The notes: generated by a model not told the origin, from the letters alone. Positions 9,910 to 20,079 are shown, counted from the first letter of the stretch. The stretch: 64,000 nt of DNA from Candidatus Aenigmatarchaeota archaeon (GCA_038733315.1 JAVYPJ010000001.1:146770-210769); one strand, 5' to 3'. Numbers and translations are program-made.

Positions 9910-10743
9910 ATGTTAACAAAAACTGAAAAATCAAAAATAATTGAGGAAATATCTGGAATTTTTAATAACTATAAAACTATTGGTTTTGTTGATTTTTATA
10001 TGCTTCCGAGTAAAGAATATAAAGAGATGAAAAAGAGATTAAAAGAAAAAGATATAAATATAAAATATTTCAAAAAAAGCTTAGTTATTAAAGCTTTGGA
10101 AAAAATGGGAAAAACAGAATTAATTAAAGTGCTGCCAAATCAAGTTGGTGTATTACACTCTAATAAAAATCCTTTTGAGATTGTTAAGGAAGTTAAGCAG
10201 TTAGTTTCATATAGATATGCTAAAGATGGAGATATTGCAGAAGAAGATATAATAATAAAACCAATGGTTACAAACATACCTGCTGGCCCGTCTATTTCTG
10301 AATTTCAGAAATTAAAGTTTGAAGTTGGTGTAGAAGCTGGCAAAATTGCTATTAAAAAAGAGAAAAAAATAGTTTCAAAGGGTGAAAAGATAAATAGTCA
10401 AATAGCTAGTTTATTGCAAAAACTGGGAATAAAACCGATAAAAATAGTATTAAAATTAACATCTCTATACGACGGAAAAATATTATATACTAAGGATGTT
10501 TTGGATTTAGACGAGAAATATTATATAGAGAATATTTTAAAAGCATTTTCTGGAGCTAATGAATTAACTAAAAAAATTGGGTATTATACTAAGTATAATA
10601 TCAGAGAGTTCTTAACATTAGCTAAAATAAGAGCAATAGCTATTGGAAAAAAAGCAAAAATCTACGAAAAAGAGGTAATAAAAGAGTTAGTAAAAGATTC
10701 TTATATAAGTGCTAAGATAATTTCTGAAAGAGTTAAAGTTTAA
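9910..10743 (+). CDS. rpl10: 50S ribosomal protein uL10 (P0)
   Basis: AKDGDIA, TNIPAGP, LLQKLGIKP; L1-L10-L12 order. Confidence 0.92.
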   Translation: MLTKTEKSKIIEEISGIFNNYKTIGFVDFYMLPSKEYKEMKKRLKEKDINIKYFKKSLVIKALEKMGKTELIKVLPNQVGVLHSNKNPFEIVKEVKQLVSYRYAKDGDIAEEDIIIKPMVTNIPAGPSISEFQKLKFEVGVEAGKIAIKKEKKIVSKGEKINSQIASLLQKLGIKPIKIVLKLTSLYDGKILYTKDVLDLDEKYYIENILKAFSGANELTKKIGYYTKYNIREFLTLAKIRAIAIGKKAKIYEKEVIKELVKDSYISAKIISERVKV

Positions 10744-10764
10744 ATACTTTTCTTTTAATAATTT

Positions 10765-11073
10765 ATGGAATACATATATGCAGCATTGCTATTACACTCA
10801 GCAAAAAAAGAAATAACTGAAGAAAACTTAAAGAAAGTTTTAAGTGCTGCTGGTGTTGAAATAAATGAAGCTAAGGTAAAGAGTTTGGTTGAAAGTATTA
10901 AGGGTATAAATATAGATGAAGTATTAAGCTCTGCTAGCATTCAAACTGCACCAATATCTTTACAGACAACAACACAGCAACCAAAGCAAGAAGAAGAAAA
11001 AGAGGAGAAAAAAGAAGAGAAAGCTTCTGATGAGCAGGCCGTAGCGGGATTAGCAGCCTTATTCGGAGTATAA
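10765..11073 (+). CDS. rpl12: 50S ribosomal stalk protein P1/L12
   Basis: [11 protein letters not shown], acidic hinge, GLAALFG. Confidence 0.96.
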   Translation: MEYIYAALLLHSAKKEITEENLKKVLSAAGVEINEAKVKSLVESIKGINIDEVLSSASIQTAPISLQTTTQQPKQEEEKEEKKEEKASDEQAVAGLAALFGV

Positions 11074-11145
11074 TCCCTTTATTTTTTTATTGCGCGCGAT
11101 AGTAGTGTATCTAGGTATGTATACCGTAAACACTTCTTATTTTGT

Positions 11146-11334
11146 ATGAAATGTATAAGGTGTGGATCGAGAAGATTAATAGAGTTTGTGGATAGTTTTG
11201 GAAAAGAAAGAGTATTTTGTAGGGATTGTTTAATAAGTCTTGAAAAAGGTGTTTTTGTAAAGTCTCTTTTACAAAGAAAAGTTCCAGAGTTTTACTTCAA
11301 AAACCAGATTAAATCATGGAATGTAAAGCCATAA
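11146..11334 (+). CDS. small zinc-ribbon protein
   Basis: CIRCGS...CRDC, 62 aa. Confidence 0.65.
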   Translation: MKCIRCGSRRLIEFVDSFGKERVFCRDCLISLEKGVFVKSLLQRKVPEFYFKNQIKSWNVKP

Positions 11335-11432
11335 TAAGCAGGATAAAAAGAGGAAAAAATACTGTAATAATGGTAACTGTTAAGAGAGGTAATAAGATTT
11401 TTGGCTTTACTAGACCTGTTAATATAAACTAA
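11316..11432 (+). CDS. putative 38-aa basic microprotein (not in ORF track)
   Basis: MECKAIISRIKRGKNTVIMVTVKRGNKIFGFTRPVNIN; ATG overlaps the end of the zinc-ribbon ORF. Confidence 0.35.
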   Translation: MECKAIISRIKRGKNTVIMVTVKRGNKIFGFTRPVNIN

Positions 11433-11485
11433 TGTATACACATAATAATAAATACAGTTTAGAAATCACTTAACTTATTATGGGC

Positions 11486-11573
11486 AAGAAAAAGAAAGAG
11501 GGTGAAGAGAAAAAATAGTAATGTTGAATAAAAGCAATCGATAGTAAGGGCCTTCACCCTCTTTCTTTTTCTT
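11486..11573. repeat. perfect 22-bp inverted repeat with 44-bp spacer
   Basis: AAGAAAAAGAAAGAGGGTGAAG (11486-11507) and its reverse complement (11552-11573), which overlaps the pgk stop. Confidence 0.9.
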
Positions 11574-12858
11574 TTTTGGTTGTTAGATATCGATAGTTTA
11601 TCTTTAAAGCCTCTAATCCCAGCATTGGTTTCCCGCTAAGATAAGTTATTAGCGCGCCGCCACCAGTGCTTACATATGTAAAGTCATTTTTATCTATTCC
11701 TAATTTTTCCATAGCTACAGAAGTATCTCCGCCGCCAACTAAGGATTTAATCTTTCCTGCCTTTGTTAACTCAGCTATGTATGAAAGTATTTCCTTAGTA
11801 CCATTTTCAAACCCCTTTTCTTCAAATTTTCCCATTGGCCCTTTTATAAGAATCCATCCGTTGTTATATAATTCTTTTATCATATTTTTATAATATTTTA
11901 TCGTTTCGAATCCAATATCTAAAATCGTTGCGTTTTTTGGAACTTCTCCAATTTTACATTCAATTTTATCACCATTAATTTTTACTAAAAAATCTTTTGG
12001 TAATATGATTTTTTCTTTATATTTCTCATAAATCCATTTTGCAGCACTTTCTAATTCTTTTAATTTCTCCTCATTGTTTTTTACTATTTTTCTTAAAATT
12101 TCCTCGCTACCACTTCCTATTTCATATCTACTAACCTTTAGAAAAAGGTTTGCAACAACACCACCACAAATAACATACTTAACTCTTTCTGAAGATTTTT
12201 CAAAAATGTATTTTAAAACGCTTATAACATCATCTACTTTTGCACCACCCACTAAAAAAACTATTTCTTTACTTGAAAGAAAGTTTTCCAAATTTCTTAT
12301 TTCATCTTCTAAAACTCTACCAGCTATAAGCGGAATCCCTTTTCCTCCACCATACGCAAATCCTACAACACTTGCATGAGCCCTATGAGCAACTGAAAAA
12401 GCATCTAAAACATAATAGTCAATAAATTTTGACAAAAATTCTACTAAGGAAGATTTTGCGTGTTCTTCAAAACTTTTCTCTACATCTTCGTCTTCTAAAA
12501 ATCTTACATTATCTAACAATAATACTTCTCCAGGTTTTAATTTTTTTATTTCGTTTTCAGCTCTTTCTCCTATTATATCGTTAACAAATTTTATTTCAAT
12601 ACCTACGTACTCACTAAGAATTTTTGCATGTTGCTCTAGGGAAATAAAATCTGGTTCTCCTTTTCTAGACTGATGCGCTAATAAAATTATTTTTGCTTTC
12701 TTTTCAGCAAGCTCTTTAATTGTTTTAGAATGTCTTTCAAACCTTTCATTAGGAATCAACTTTCCATCAACTATATCTGAATTCAAATCAATTCTTACAG
12801 CAACGTATTTATCCTCTAAATTATTTTTAAAATCGTCAAGAGTAAAATATTCCTTCAT
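11554..12858 (-). CDS. pgk: phosphoglycerate kinase
   Basis: RIDLNS, LAHQSR, DAFSVAHRAHAS, GGAKV, GGGDT, YVSTGGGA; start at MKEYFTLDD. Confidence 0.96.
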   Translation of the reverse strand: MKEYFTLDDFKNNLEDKYVAVRIDLNSDIVDGKLIPNERFERHSKTIKELAEKKAKIILLAHQSRKGEPDFISLEQHAKILSEYVGIEIKFVNDIIGERAENEIKKLKPGEVLLLDNVRFLEDEDVEKSFEEHAKSSLVEFLSKFIDYYVLDAFSVAHRAHASVVGFAYGGGKGIPLIAGRVLEDEIRNLENFLSSKEIVFLVGGAKVDDVISVLKYIFEKSSERVKYVICGGVVANLFLKVSRYEIGSGSEEILRKIVKNNEEKLKELESAAKWIYEKYKEKIILPKDFLVKINGDKIECKIGEVPKNATILDIGFETIKYYKNMIKELYNNGWILIKGPMGKFEEKGFENGTKEILSYIAELTKAGKIKSLVGGGDTSVAMEKLGIDKNDFTYVSTGGGALITYLSGKPMLGLEALKINYRYLTTKKEKERG

Positions 12859-12878
12859 AAAAAATAAAGAATTTTTAA

Positions 12879-13922
12879 CTATTTTAGAATTCCCAGATTT
12901 TTGTTTGTTTTTTCTATCGATTTCCACTTATCTTTCTCTATTCCTGAAATTGCCCTTATCGCATCTATATTTTCTGGAATAACAACCGCTTCTTGATGAA
13001 CCGCTTGCACATATCTTACTTTATTATTTTCAGCGTGTAGCAAATCCTTTAATACTATAACTTCCCAAATATCATTTCTAGGTCTTAAATAATCTCTAAA
13101 CTTTTCAATTATAACGCTTGTAGCTGGATACTCTTTTCCTTCTAAAAATATTATTCTAGTTTGTTTTTCAAATGCATCAATAATCTCTTCGTAGCTAACA
13201 TTTCTTTTTAAGATTACATCTAGCATATGTATGTGCATTTTTGTGGTTGGAACTTTAACTGCTAAAGAAAAAATATTTAAATGTTTTAATACTGTTTTAA
13301 CATCTAGAGAATGGTGAGATGGTACGTGTAAATCATACTCTATAGCATCTATTGGCCCTTTTTTATATTCATGAGGATCGTTAGCTCTTCTTGCTAAAGC
13401 GACAAAAGCATATTCTATTCCGAATCTTTGATCTAAAGTATGTAAAGTTCTTATTAGACTTGTAGTATTGCAACTAGGGACTCTAACATAAGTTTTATCA
13501 AACGCTTCTTCGTAATTTACAAAAGAATTGAATGTCATTTCTGCAACATCTGCTTTTTCTCCACCCTGAAATATTACTTTTACTCCATATTTTTCGTACA
13601 AAATTTTTTTATTTTGAGCACCAATTCCTTCTGGAGTACAATCAATTATAACATCTACAGCGCCATTTCTTAACAAATCTTCTAAAGTTCCATTAACCCA
13701 CATTCCTGATTTTTTAAATTCGTTATATGCCTCTAAATCGCTTGCATACAAATCCGTGCCATAAAGAAATCCATTAGGTTCTAAAACAGTTTTTATTACA
13801 TAGTTTGGGTTTTTAGTCGATATTGCTACTAGATCTATATCATCTTGCAATTTTATTGCATGCGCAACTCTTTTTCCTATCGTTCCTATACCATTTACAA
13901 CAACCTTTGGTTTTACTCTCAT
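12879..13922 (-). CDS. gap: archaeal type II glyceraldehyde-3-phosphate dehydrogenase
   Basis: NGIGTIGKRVA, SCNTT active site, PSHH, HQEAVVIPENIDA. Confidence 0.96.
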   Translation of the reverse strand: MRVKPKVVVNGIGTIGKRVAHAIKLQDDIDLVAISTKNPNYVIKTVLEPNGFLYGTDLYASDLEAYNEFKKSGMWVNGTLEDLLRNGAVDVIIDCTPEGIGAQNKKILYEKYGVKVIFQGGEKADVAEMTFNSFVNYEEAFDKTYVRVPSCNTTSLIRTLHTLDQRFGIEYAFVALARRANDPHEYKKGPIDAIEYDLHVPSHHSLDVKTVLKHLNIFSLAVKVPTTKMHIHMLDVILKRNVSYEEIIDAFEKQTRIIFLEGKEYPATSVIIEKFRDYLRPRNDIWEVIVLKDLLHAENNKVRYVQAVHQEAVVIPENIDAIRAISGIEKDKWKSIEKTNKNLGILK

Positions 13923-13943
13923 AAATATTTTTTAATCTCAATA

Positions 13944-14642
13944 CTATATTTTTTTACCAGATATTATTAAGTTCCTTTCAGTTAACATTTTATTATCGAC
14001 TTTAAAGTTTATACGAAAATTTTTTGATTTAGCATATTCTGCTAAATAAAAACACCACTTATAGTATTCGTTATTTATAGCATTAAAGAATTTATTCAAA
14101 ATTTCATTATCTCTCTTCCATTTTTCATAATTTTCGCTTCCTATACAGCAAGGAACTAATATAAAAAAATTGCTAAATTCAGATGCTTTATCTATAACAA
14201 TTTCGCTTAAATTATTACAAGCATGAATTGAAACGATAAAATCTACATTCTCTAAATCTTTAATTTCTAAGATATTTTCTTCTATAAAAAATATATTATC
14301 AAAAAATTTGCTTTTGTTATTAGATTTATAATCTTCACTAAACTTTAAATCGATAGCTACTATTTTTGAATTTGGAAAGTTTTTTGCTACAAAATGAGAA
14401 AATAAGGCATCCCCACTCATTAGTTCGCATAAAACGAACTTATCCATTTTATTTTTTTCTACTAAATTTTTCAAAACATTAAACACACTAACAACTTCAG
14501 TTATTTCTTTTAAGATGTATTCGTATCTTTCTTTTTCTAAATGAGGCTTCATTAAAATATTAAGAATATCGAATGGAAACCTCTTAATGAAAAATCTTAC
14601 ATATTCATGCTTAGAATTTAAAATTTCCTTAGGATAAACCAT
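13944..14642 (-). CDS. SAM-dependent methyltransferase (Methyltransf_32/Trm13-like)
   Basis: ELMSGDA, AIDL, SIHACNNLS, VPCC, TERN. Confidence 0.75.
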   Translation of the reverse strand: MVYPKEILNSKHEYVRFFIKRFPFDILNILMKPHLEKERYEYILKEITEVVSVFNVLKNLVEKNKMDKFVLCELMSGDALFSHFVAKNFPNSKIVAIDLKFSEDYKSNNKSKFFDNIFFIEENILEIKDLENVDFIVSIHACNNLSEIVIDKASEFSNFFILVPCCIGSENYEKWKRDNEILNKFFNAINNEYYKWCFYLAEYAKSKNFRINFKVDNKMLTERNLIISGKKI

Positions 14643-15059
14643 TTATAAATTAATTTTTTCGGAAATTTTACTAACCAATTCTTCTATATTTTTTTCCAAT
14701 TTAATTAATTCATCGGCATTTTTATTGATTTCTTCCACATTTTCATCTAATAAAGAGAAAAAAAGTTTATAAAGCCTTATATCATATAAAGATTTTATTT
14801 TTCTTACTTCATCATATAATTCTCTACCAATTTGAAAGGCTAAAGGAGATAGGGTATCGAAAAGAATTGAAATATAAATATATTTCCTTTCAACATCAAT
14901 TATTTTTTCTAAGTTTTTAACTATATCAACCTTATTTTCTTCGATTAATTTTATTAGAATTTCCCTAAACATATCTATTTTTCCAAACATTAATGCTATA
15001 TCTAGCCTTAAATTCTTTTCTCTTACTAGACTTATTAGTTTTTGAAACCTATCCTCCAT
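14643..15059 (-). CDS. hypothetical helical protein
   Basis: 138-aa ORF abutting the methyltransferase. Confidence 0.6.
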   Translation of the reverse strand: MEDRFQKLISLVREKNLRLDIALMFGKIDMFREILIKLIEENKVDIVKNLEKIIDVERKYIYISILFDTLSPLAFQIGRELYDEVRKIKSLYDIRLYKLFFSLLDENVEEINKNADELIKLEKNIEELVSKISEKINL

Positions 15060-15068
15060 AAATTTATT

Positions 15069-15902
15069 ATGGAAATTGTTAAAAGAAGTATATTGAAAAA
15101 AATTTATAAAAAAAGGGATTCTTGGTGCTATAAAGGAAATTTTGGAAAATTGGGAATAGTTTCTGGAAGTTATTATTATTCTGGTTCTCCAATATTTGTT
15201 GGATTGGCCGCATTAAGAGCTGGAGTTGATTTAGTAAGAATTTTTGCTCCTGAATGTATTTCAAATGCAATTAGAAGCTATTCACCGGATTTAATTGTTT
15301 TTCCTTATGAATCTAAATTTCTTAACATAAAAACTTTAAATTTTATTTTTGAAAATTCGAATGATTTAGATGCTTTTGTTATAGGTAATGGATTAAGTAG
15401 AAAAATAGAAGTATTAAATGCTATAAAGGAGTTTGTTAAGAAAGTTAAAATTCCATGCGTAATAGATGCAGATGCTATATATGCAATAAAAGGCATTAAG
15501 CTGAACAAAAATTTTATTATTACTCCTCATAGCTATGAATTCTTTGTTTTAAGCGGATATAAAGTTAAAAATAATTTAAAAGATCGAATTGAAAAAGTTA
15601 AGGAAGTAGCAAAAAAATATAATTGCATTATACTATTAAAAGGGCATATAGATGTTATTAGTAACGGAAAAAAAGTTGTGATTAATAAAACTGGTAGCGA
15701 ATATATGACTAAAGGCGGTTTTGGAGATACATTAGCTGGAATTTGTGGAGCGTTATTAGCTAGGAAAATCGATCCTTTTATATCAGCTCAAGCAGCTTCA
15801 TACATTAATGGAAGAGCTGGTGAATTTGCTGCAAAGATTTATAAAGAATCAGTAATTGCAAGCGATATTTTCGATTTCATTCCAAAAATTCTAAAAATAT
15901 AA
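15069..15902 (+). CDS. nnrD: ADP/ATP-dependent NAD(P)H-hydrate dehydratase (YjeF C-terminal domain)
   Basis: KGNFG, ALRAGVDLV, VIDADA, ITPHSYEF, GGFGDTLAG; start at MEIVKR. Confidence 0.9.
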   Translation: MEIVKRSILKKIYKKRDSWCYKGNFGKLGIVSGSYYYSGSPIFVGLAALRAGVDLVRIFAPECISNAIRSYSPDLIVFPYESKFLNIKTLNFIFENSNDLDAFVIGNGLSRKIEVLNAIKEFVKKVKIPCVIDADAIYAIKGIKLNKNFIITPHSYEFFVLSGYKVKNNLKDRIEKVKEVAKKYNCIILLKGHIDVISNGKKVVINKTGSEYMTKGGFGDTLAGICGALLARKIDPFISAQAASYINGRAGEFAAKIYKESVIASDIFDFIPKILKI

Positions 15903-15909
15903 ATACTTT

Positions 15910-16650
15910 ATGAATGCTATACCCTATTCTGATTCTTTTGTACAAAATAAAAAGTTAGGATGGAAAGAGGACAAAAATTTAGGGTATAGATTTAAAACTT
16001 ATAAAGATATTTATCAAGATTTATTACCTCAACTTTTTGAGAAGAGAAAAAGTTTTTCTGTTGTAGTTGCTGGTCCTTCTAACGAGGAGGTTGAAATTAT
16101 TAAAAATCTTCTTGAAAAACACAAAAATGTCAATGTTAACATTTTTGAACCCGTTAAAGATAGGTCAGAAGAGTTAAGAGAAATGTTAGGATATTTAGGA
16201 GAAAGGGTTAATGTAATAGAAGATTACATATTTAATATAGAAAAATATCTTCCCAAAAAATCGATTGATGCTGCAATATTCTTCAATGTTGTTAATTGGA
16301 TTCCGATGAATATAATAAAATTGTTAGAAGGTTTAAATAAAACTCTTCTCTCTGATGGAATAGCTATCGTTTCTTTTTACACCAAGTTACGAGCCGATAG
16401 AAAAGATAAAAATTATATTATCGAAACCCCGAAATGGTTTATACGCTCTGTAGAGAGAAATTCTATAAAAAGTTTAAATGAGCTTAATCTTAGTAATCTT
16501 TATTATACAGATGGAAATGGAGCATTAAAGGTTTATGTATTGGGAAAAAGCGGTCTAGAAGAAATATTAAAGAATGTGAAAGAAAAGTATAAAGAAGCCC
16601 GTAAGATTTTAGACTTCATAGATTCGACCAATAAATATAAACTAAATTAA
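15910..16650 (+). CDS. hypothetical protein, possible class I methyltransferase fold
   Basis: VVVAGP, IFEP, SIDAAIFFNVVNW, LLSDG resemble degenerate Rossmann MTase motifs. Confidence 0.45.
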   Translation: MNAIPYSDSFVQNKKLGWKEDKNLGYRFKTYKDIYQDLLPQLFEKRKSFSVVVAGPSNEEVEIIKNLLEKHKNVNVNIFEPVKDRSEELREMLGYLGERVNVIEDYIFNIEKYLPKKSIDAAIFFNVVNWIPMNIIKLLEGLNKTLLSDGIAIVSFYTKLRADRKDKNYIIETPKWFIRSVERNSIKSLNELNLSNLYYTDGNGALKVYVLGKSGLEEILKNVKEKYKEARKILDFIDSTNKYKLN

Positions 16651-17091
16651 TTTCTCTAATATAGATATTAATTCTCTAATTTTACTTTTTTTAATCGCTA
16701 CAGAACCTACTGACCTATACTTATTTTTACTCCTTATTAAAATATCTTTTTTTGTTTGATTTATTCTAACAAATTCTTCCTCTCCTTCATATATTGGCCT
16801 AAATAAATCTATCCACAAAATATTATCTTTTCCTTGTTCTATCTTACCAATGAATTGAGATTTCCCAACATAATAAAAAACCTTTGCAGGACCTCTTTCA
16901 TCAAAATCAACTCTTTTCTCTATCAATAACCTTTCCAATATTTTAGTTACAGTATGTCTATTTAAGTTTAATGCGTTTGCGATTTCAGTTATAGTCATTC
17001 CTCTAGGGTTTTTTTCCAATAATTTTATAATTTTCTTAACATTTTCAGTTTCGTATTCTACCTCCTTACTTTCTAATGTATCTACGCTCAT
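16642..17091 (-). CDS. winged-helix protein with C-terminal PC4/PUR-like domain
   Basis: GMTITEIANALNLNRHTVTKIL HTH; C-terminal LWIDLF...FVRINQ...VAIKKSKIRELISIL. Confidence 0.7.
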   Translation of the reverse strand: MSVDTLESKEVEYETENVKKIIKLLEKNPRGMTITEIANALNLNRHTVTKILERLLIEKRVDFDERGPAKVFYYVGKSQFIGKIEQGKDNILWIDLFRPIYEGEEEFVRINQTKKDILIRSKNKYRSVGSVAIKKSKIRELISILEKLI

Positions 17092-17163
17092 AATTAAAGA
17101 TTTGCTTCATATATAGATATATTTAAATTTATATACTAAAATATAGAAAAATATAAATACATT

Positions 17164-17181
17164 TTAATGTATATACATTAA
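17164..17181. promoter_or_regulatory. 18-bp perfect palindrome, candidate operator
   Basis: TTAATGTATATACATTAA ending 2 nt before the ATG at 17183, in a divergent promoter region. Confidence 0.5.
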
Positions 17182-17182
17182 T

Positions 17183-17866
17183 ATGACAACAATAACATTA
17201 CTACATTTTAAAACGTCAAAAAATATAAACGAAATTGAAATGGAACTAAATAAAGTTTCAAGCGAAAAATACTGGATTGCGGCAACAAAGGAAGATAATA
17301 ACACAATAAAAATAATTTTTAATTATAAAACAAGCATTGAAGAAGAAGTAAGAAAAGTTTTAAACATTTCAGAAATTAAAAGAGTTTTTAATGGTAACTC
17401 TGGTATGTATCTAACAAGGAATGTTATAGCGTACATGCATTTTGATAAAGAAATTTTAGAAGTAAGAAGAGGTATAGATCATGTTTTTCGCTTCTTTATT
17501 AATGTCTTAGAAAAATCTCTTAGAATTAAATTTATAAACGTCTATATACCATCAAAAACCCTAGCAAAAATAATAGAAAAACACACTATCTCCTTAAATC
17601 AAATATATTTTAAATTTGTTAACGGTTTTTTATTCGAAATGTATAAAGGAAAATATTTACAATACTCTGAATTTATTAGAAAGAAAATTGAAGAGCTAAA
17701 CAAAAACATAAGAATAATAACAACGATACCAAAAATTAAATTTGATGGGTTTCAAAAAAGCTTTACGATAAATGGAGATAAAGGTACTATAAAATTTTGG
17801 TATAATAATGTATCAAAAAGCGAAATTTCGCAAATTTTAAATATAATTTTTGAAAATATGAAATAA
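17183..17866 (+). CDS. hypothetical protein
   Basis: 227-aa ORF with no recognised motif. Confidence 0.7.
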   Translation: MTTITLLHFKTSKNINEIEMELNKVSSEKYWIAATKEDNNTIKIIFNYKTSIEEEVRKVLNISEIKRVFNGNSGMYLTRNVIAYMHFDKEILEVRRGIDHVFRFFINVLEKSLRIKFINVYIPSKTLAKIIEKHTISLNQIYFKFVNGFLFEMYKGKYLQYSEFIRKKIEELNKNIRIITTIPKIKFDGFQKSFTINGDKGTIKFWYNNVSKSEISQILNIIFENMK

Positions 17867-17907
17867 TAAAGTTTTCTAGTATTTAAATAGAGTGCCGAAA
17901 AAATATT

Positions 17908-18291
17908 ATGGATGAAGAAAAAAATATTTTAGAATTGCAGGCGGCAAAAGATGAATTAAACAAGCTTATTTCGTATAGAGAAAACCTAATGATGATTTAT
18001 AGAGAATTGAAACAATCGCTCGAAAGTTTAAGTATATTAAGTACTGAAGATCCAGTACTTCTTCCGATTGGTAGCGGTATTTTTTTAGAAAGTAAAATAA
18101 ACAATAAAAATTTTGTTTTAGTTGGGGTTGGTTCAAATATATTTTTAGAAATGGAAACAGAAAAAGCAAAAGAATTTTTGAAAAAAAGAATTAAAAAAGT
18201 TGAAGAAGAAATTGTAGAAGTGCAAACATATATCCAAAACTTTCAATATTATATTTTAAATGTTTTAGAACATATAAAACGAAAAAAATAA
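17908..18291 (+). CDS. pfdA: prefoldin subunit alpha
   Basis: Coiled coils flanking VLLPIGSGIF and VLVGVGSNIFLE hairpins. Confidence 0.9.
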   Translation: MDEEKNILELQAAKDELNKLISYRENLMMIYRELKQSLESLSILSTEDPVLLPIGSGIFLESKINNKNFVLVGVGSNIFLEMETEKAKEFLKKRIKKVEEEIVEVQTYIQNFQYYILNVLEHIKRKK

Positions 18292-18315
18292 ATTTTTTGT
18301 TACTAAATATTTCCT

Positions 18316-19128
18316 ATGAAGGATCAGGCAATCTTAGATGCCTTTAAAACAATAGGTTTGAACCTTTATGAAAGAAAACTATATCTTGCACTTTTATATA
18401 AAGGAAGCGCGACCGCTGGAGAACTAGCAGATCTTACACAAGTACCTAGATCAAGGATTTATGACACCTTAGAAAGACTTTCTGAAAAGGGATTTGTCAT
18501 TATTCAACAAACAAGACCAGTAAGATTTATAGCTATAGATCCTGAAGAGGCTTTAGAGAGGTATAAGAAGGCTTTTGAAGAAAAAATTGCTGAAATGCAG
18601 AGAAGAATAGAGGAAATTAAAAAAAGTGAAATATTGAAAGAAATGAAGCAAATATTTTCACAGAAAATTAAAACAATTAATCCAGAAGAATTAACTGGAA
18701 CATTAAGAGGTTTAAAGGCATTTTTGGATGAGTTTGCAAACTCTGTAAAAAATGCTAAAAAATCTATAGATATAATTGCTGGTAGCGAGGTAATGAACCT
18801 TATCTATGAAAGATTTGCAGATTTATTAAATAAAGCAAAAGATTCTGGAATTAATTTAAGATTTTTAATAACAGATACCAAGGCTATAGAAACATTAAAT
18901 GTTTTGAAATTATTGGGCGAAGTTAAAACCATTGAAAAAGAAAAATTGCCAATAGATGGTAATGTTATAGTGGTAGATGGGGAAAATGTTATAATGAGTT
19001 TAACCAACTTAAGAGAAGTACCATCAAATCAAGCTTTAGCATTATGGACTAAAAGTGAAGTTGTAGCAAAAAACTTAATTATACCTATAATAGAAATTGC
19101 TTGGAGAGAGTATTCAAAGAGTATTTAA
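18316..19128 (+). CDS. TrmB-family transcriptional regulator
   Basis: GLNLYERKLYLALL, VPRSRIYDTL, KGFV, C-terminal IVVDG. Confidence 0.9.
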   Translation: MKDQAILDAFKTIGLNLYERKLYLALLYKGSATAGELADLTQVPRSRIYDTLERLSEKGFVIIQQTRPVRFIAIDPEEALERYKKAFEEKIAEMQRRIEEIKKSEILKEMKQIFSQKIKTINPEELTGTLRGLKAFLDEFANSVKNAKKSIDIIAGSEVMNLIYERFADLLNKAKDSGINLRFLITDTKAIETLNVLKLLGEVKTIEKEKLPIDGNVIVVDGENVIMSLTNLREVPSNQALALWTKSEVVAKNLIIPIIEIAWREYSKSI

Positions 19129-19137
19129 TCCTTCTTT

Positions 19138-20079
19138 ATGTTTTCTTTTTTTAAAAAGAAAATTAATGATATTGTAAAAAGTTTTACAAAAAAAGTTAAA
19201 GAAGTTAGTAAAAAAATAAAATATATTGAGATAAAAGAGGGTGACATTAATCCCTTATTAGAAGAGCTTGAAAACAATTTGATAGAGAATGATTGTAGCT
19301 ATAGCGTAACTCAGAAAATTATAAATGATATTAGAAAGAATTTAATAGGTAAAAAAGTTGAAAGAAAAAAAATTAGAACAGAGATTAAAAATTCTATAAG
19401 AAAAAGTATTGAAGAGATATTGAGTTTTGGTGAAGCAAAAGATTTTGAAAAAGAAATTGAGAAAAGAGAAAAGCCTTTATCAATAATATTTTTTGGATTT
19501 AACGGTAGTGGAAAAACTACAACCATAGCGAAAATAGCAAAGAAACTATCAAGAAAATATAAAGTTTTGCTTGTAGCAGCAGATACTTTTAGAGCAGCCG
19601 CGATAGAGCAGCTAGAAGAATGGGGTAAAAAATTGAAAATAGAGGTTTTTAAAAAATCCTATAATTATGATCCGGCAGCTGTTATATACGAAGCTAAGAA
19701 CTATGCAATAAAAAATGGTTTTGAAATTCTATTGATAGATACTGCTGGAAGAAGTCATACAAATAAAAATTTGATGGATGAACTTTCTAAAATAATTAGA
19801 GTTAATAATCCAGAAATAAAAATATTAGTATTAGATTCCTTAACTGGCAGTGATATAATAAATCAGTATAATTTCTTTAGCCAGATTTCAAAAATCGATT
19901 TCATTATTTTTACTAAGGTTGATGTTAACGAAAAGGGTGGTAATATTTTATCTATACTATACGAATTCAAAACACCAATAGCATATATTGGTATAGGACA
20001 AAACGAAAACGATTTAGAAGAATTTAAAAAGGAAAGGTTTATAGATAATTTTTTAGGAACCAATTCCGAATCTTCTTAA
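19138..20079 (+). CDS. ftsY: signal recognition particle receptor FtsY
   Basis: GFNGSGKTTTIAK, DTFRAAAIEQL, DTAGR, TKVD; no M domain. Confidence 0.95.
   Translation: MFSFFKKKINDIVKSFTKKVKEVSKKIKYIEIKEGDINPLLEELENNLIENDCSYSVTQKIINDIRKNLIGKKVERKKIRTEIKNSIRKSIEEILSFGEAKDFEKEIEKREKPLSIIFFGFNGSGKTTTIAKIAKKLSRKYKVLLVAADTFRAAAIEQLEEWGKKLKIEVFKKSYNYDPAAVIYEAKNYAIKNGFEILLIDTAGRSHTNKNLMDELSKIIRVNNPEIKILVLDSLTGSDIINQYNFFSQISKIDFIIFTKVDVNEKGGNILSILYEFKTPIAYIGIGQNENDLEEFKKERFIDNFLGTNSESS

Noticed and set aside
11091..11133. GC-richer patch GCGCGCGATAG...GGTATGTATACC as a split-tRNA 5' half
   Set aside because: No convincing D arm or anticodon arm and no complementary leader; only a weak hairpin.
11308..11557. 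Hydrophobic minus-strand frame as a membrane-protein pseudogene
   Set aside because: Two in-frame stops; hydrophobicity is expected from the antisense of A-rich sequence.
12859..12927. Extended ORF-track starts (pgk, rnp2, rnp3, nnrD, rpa, rpl7ae, rpl35ae)
   Set aside because: Most overlap neighbouring genes; downstream ATGs match family N-termini and the local T-rich start context.
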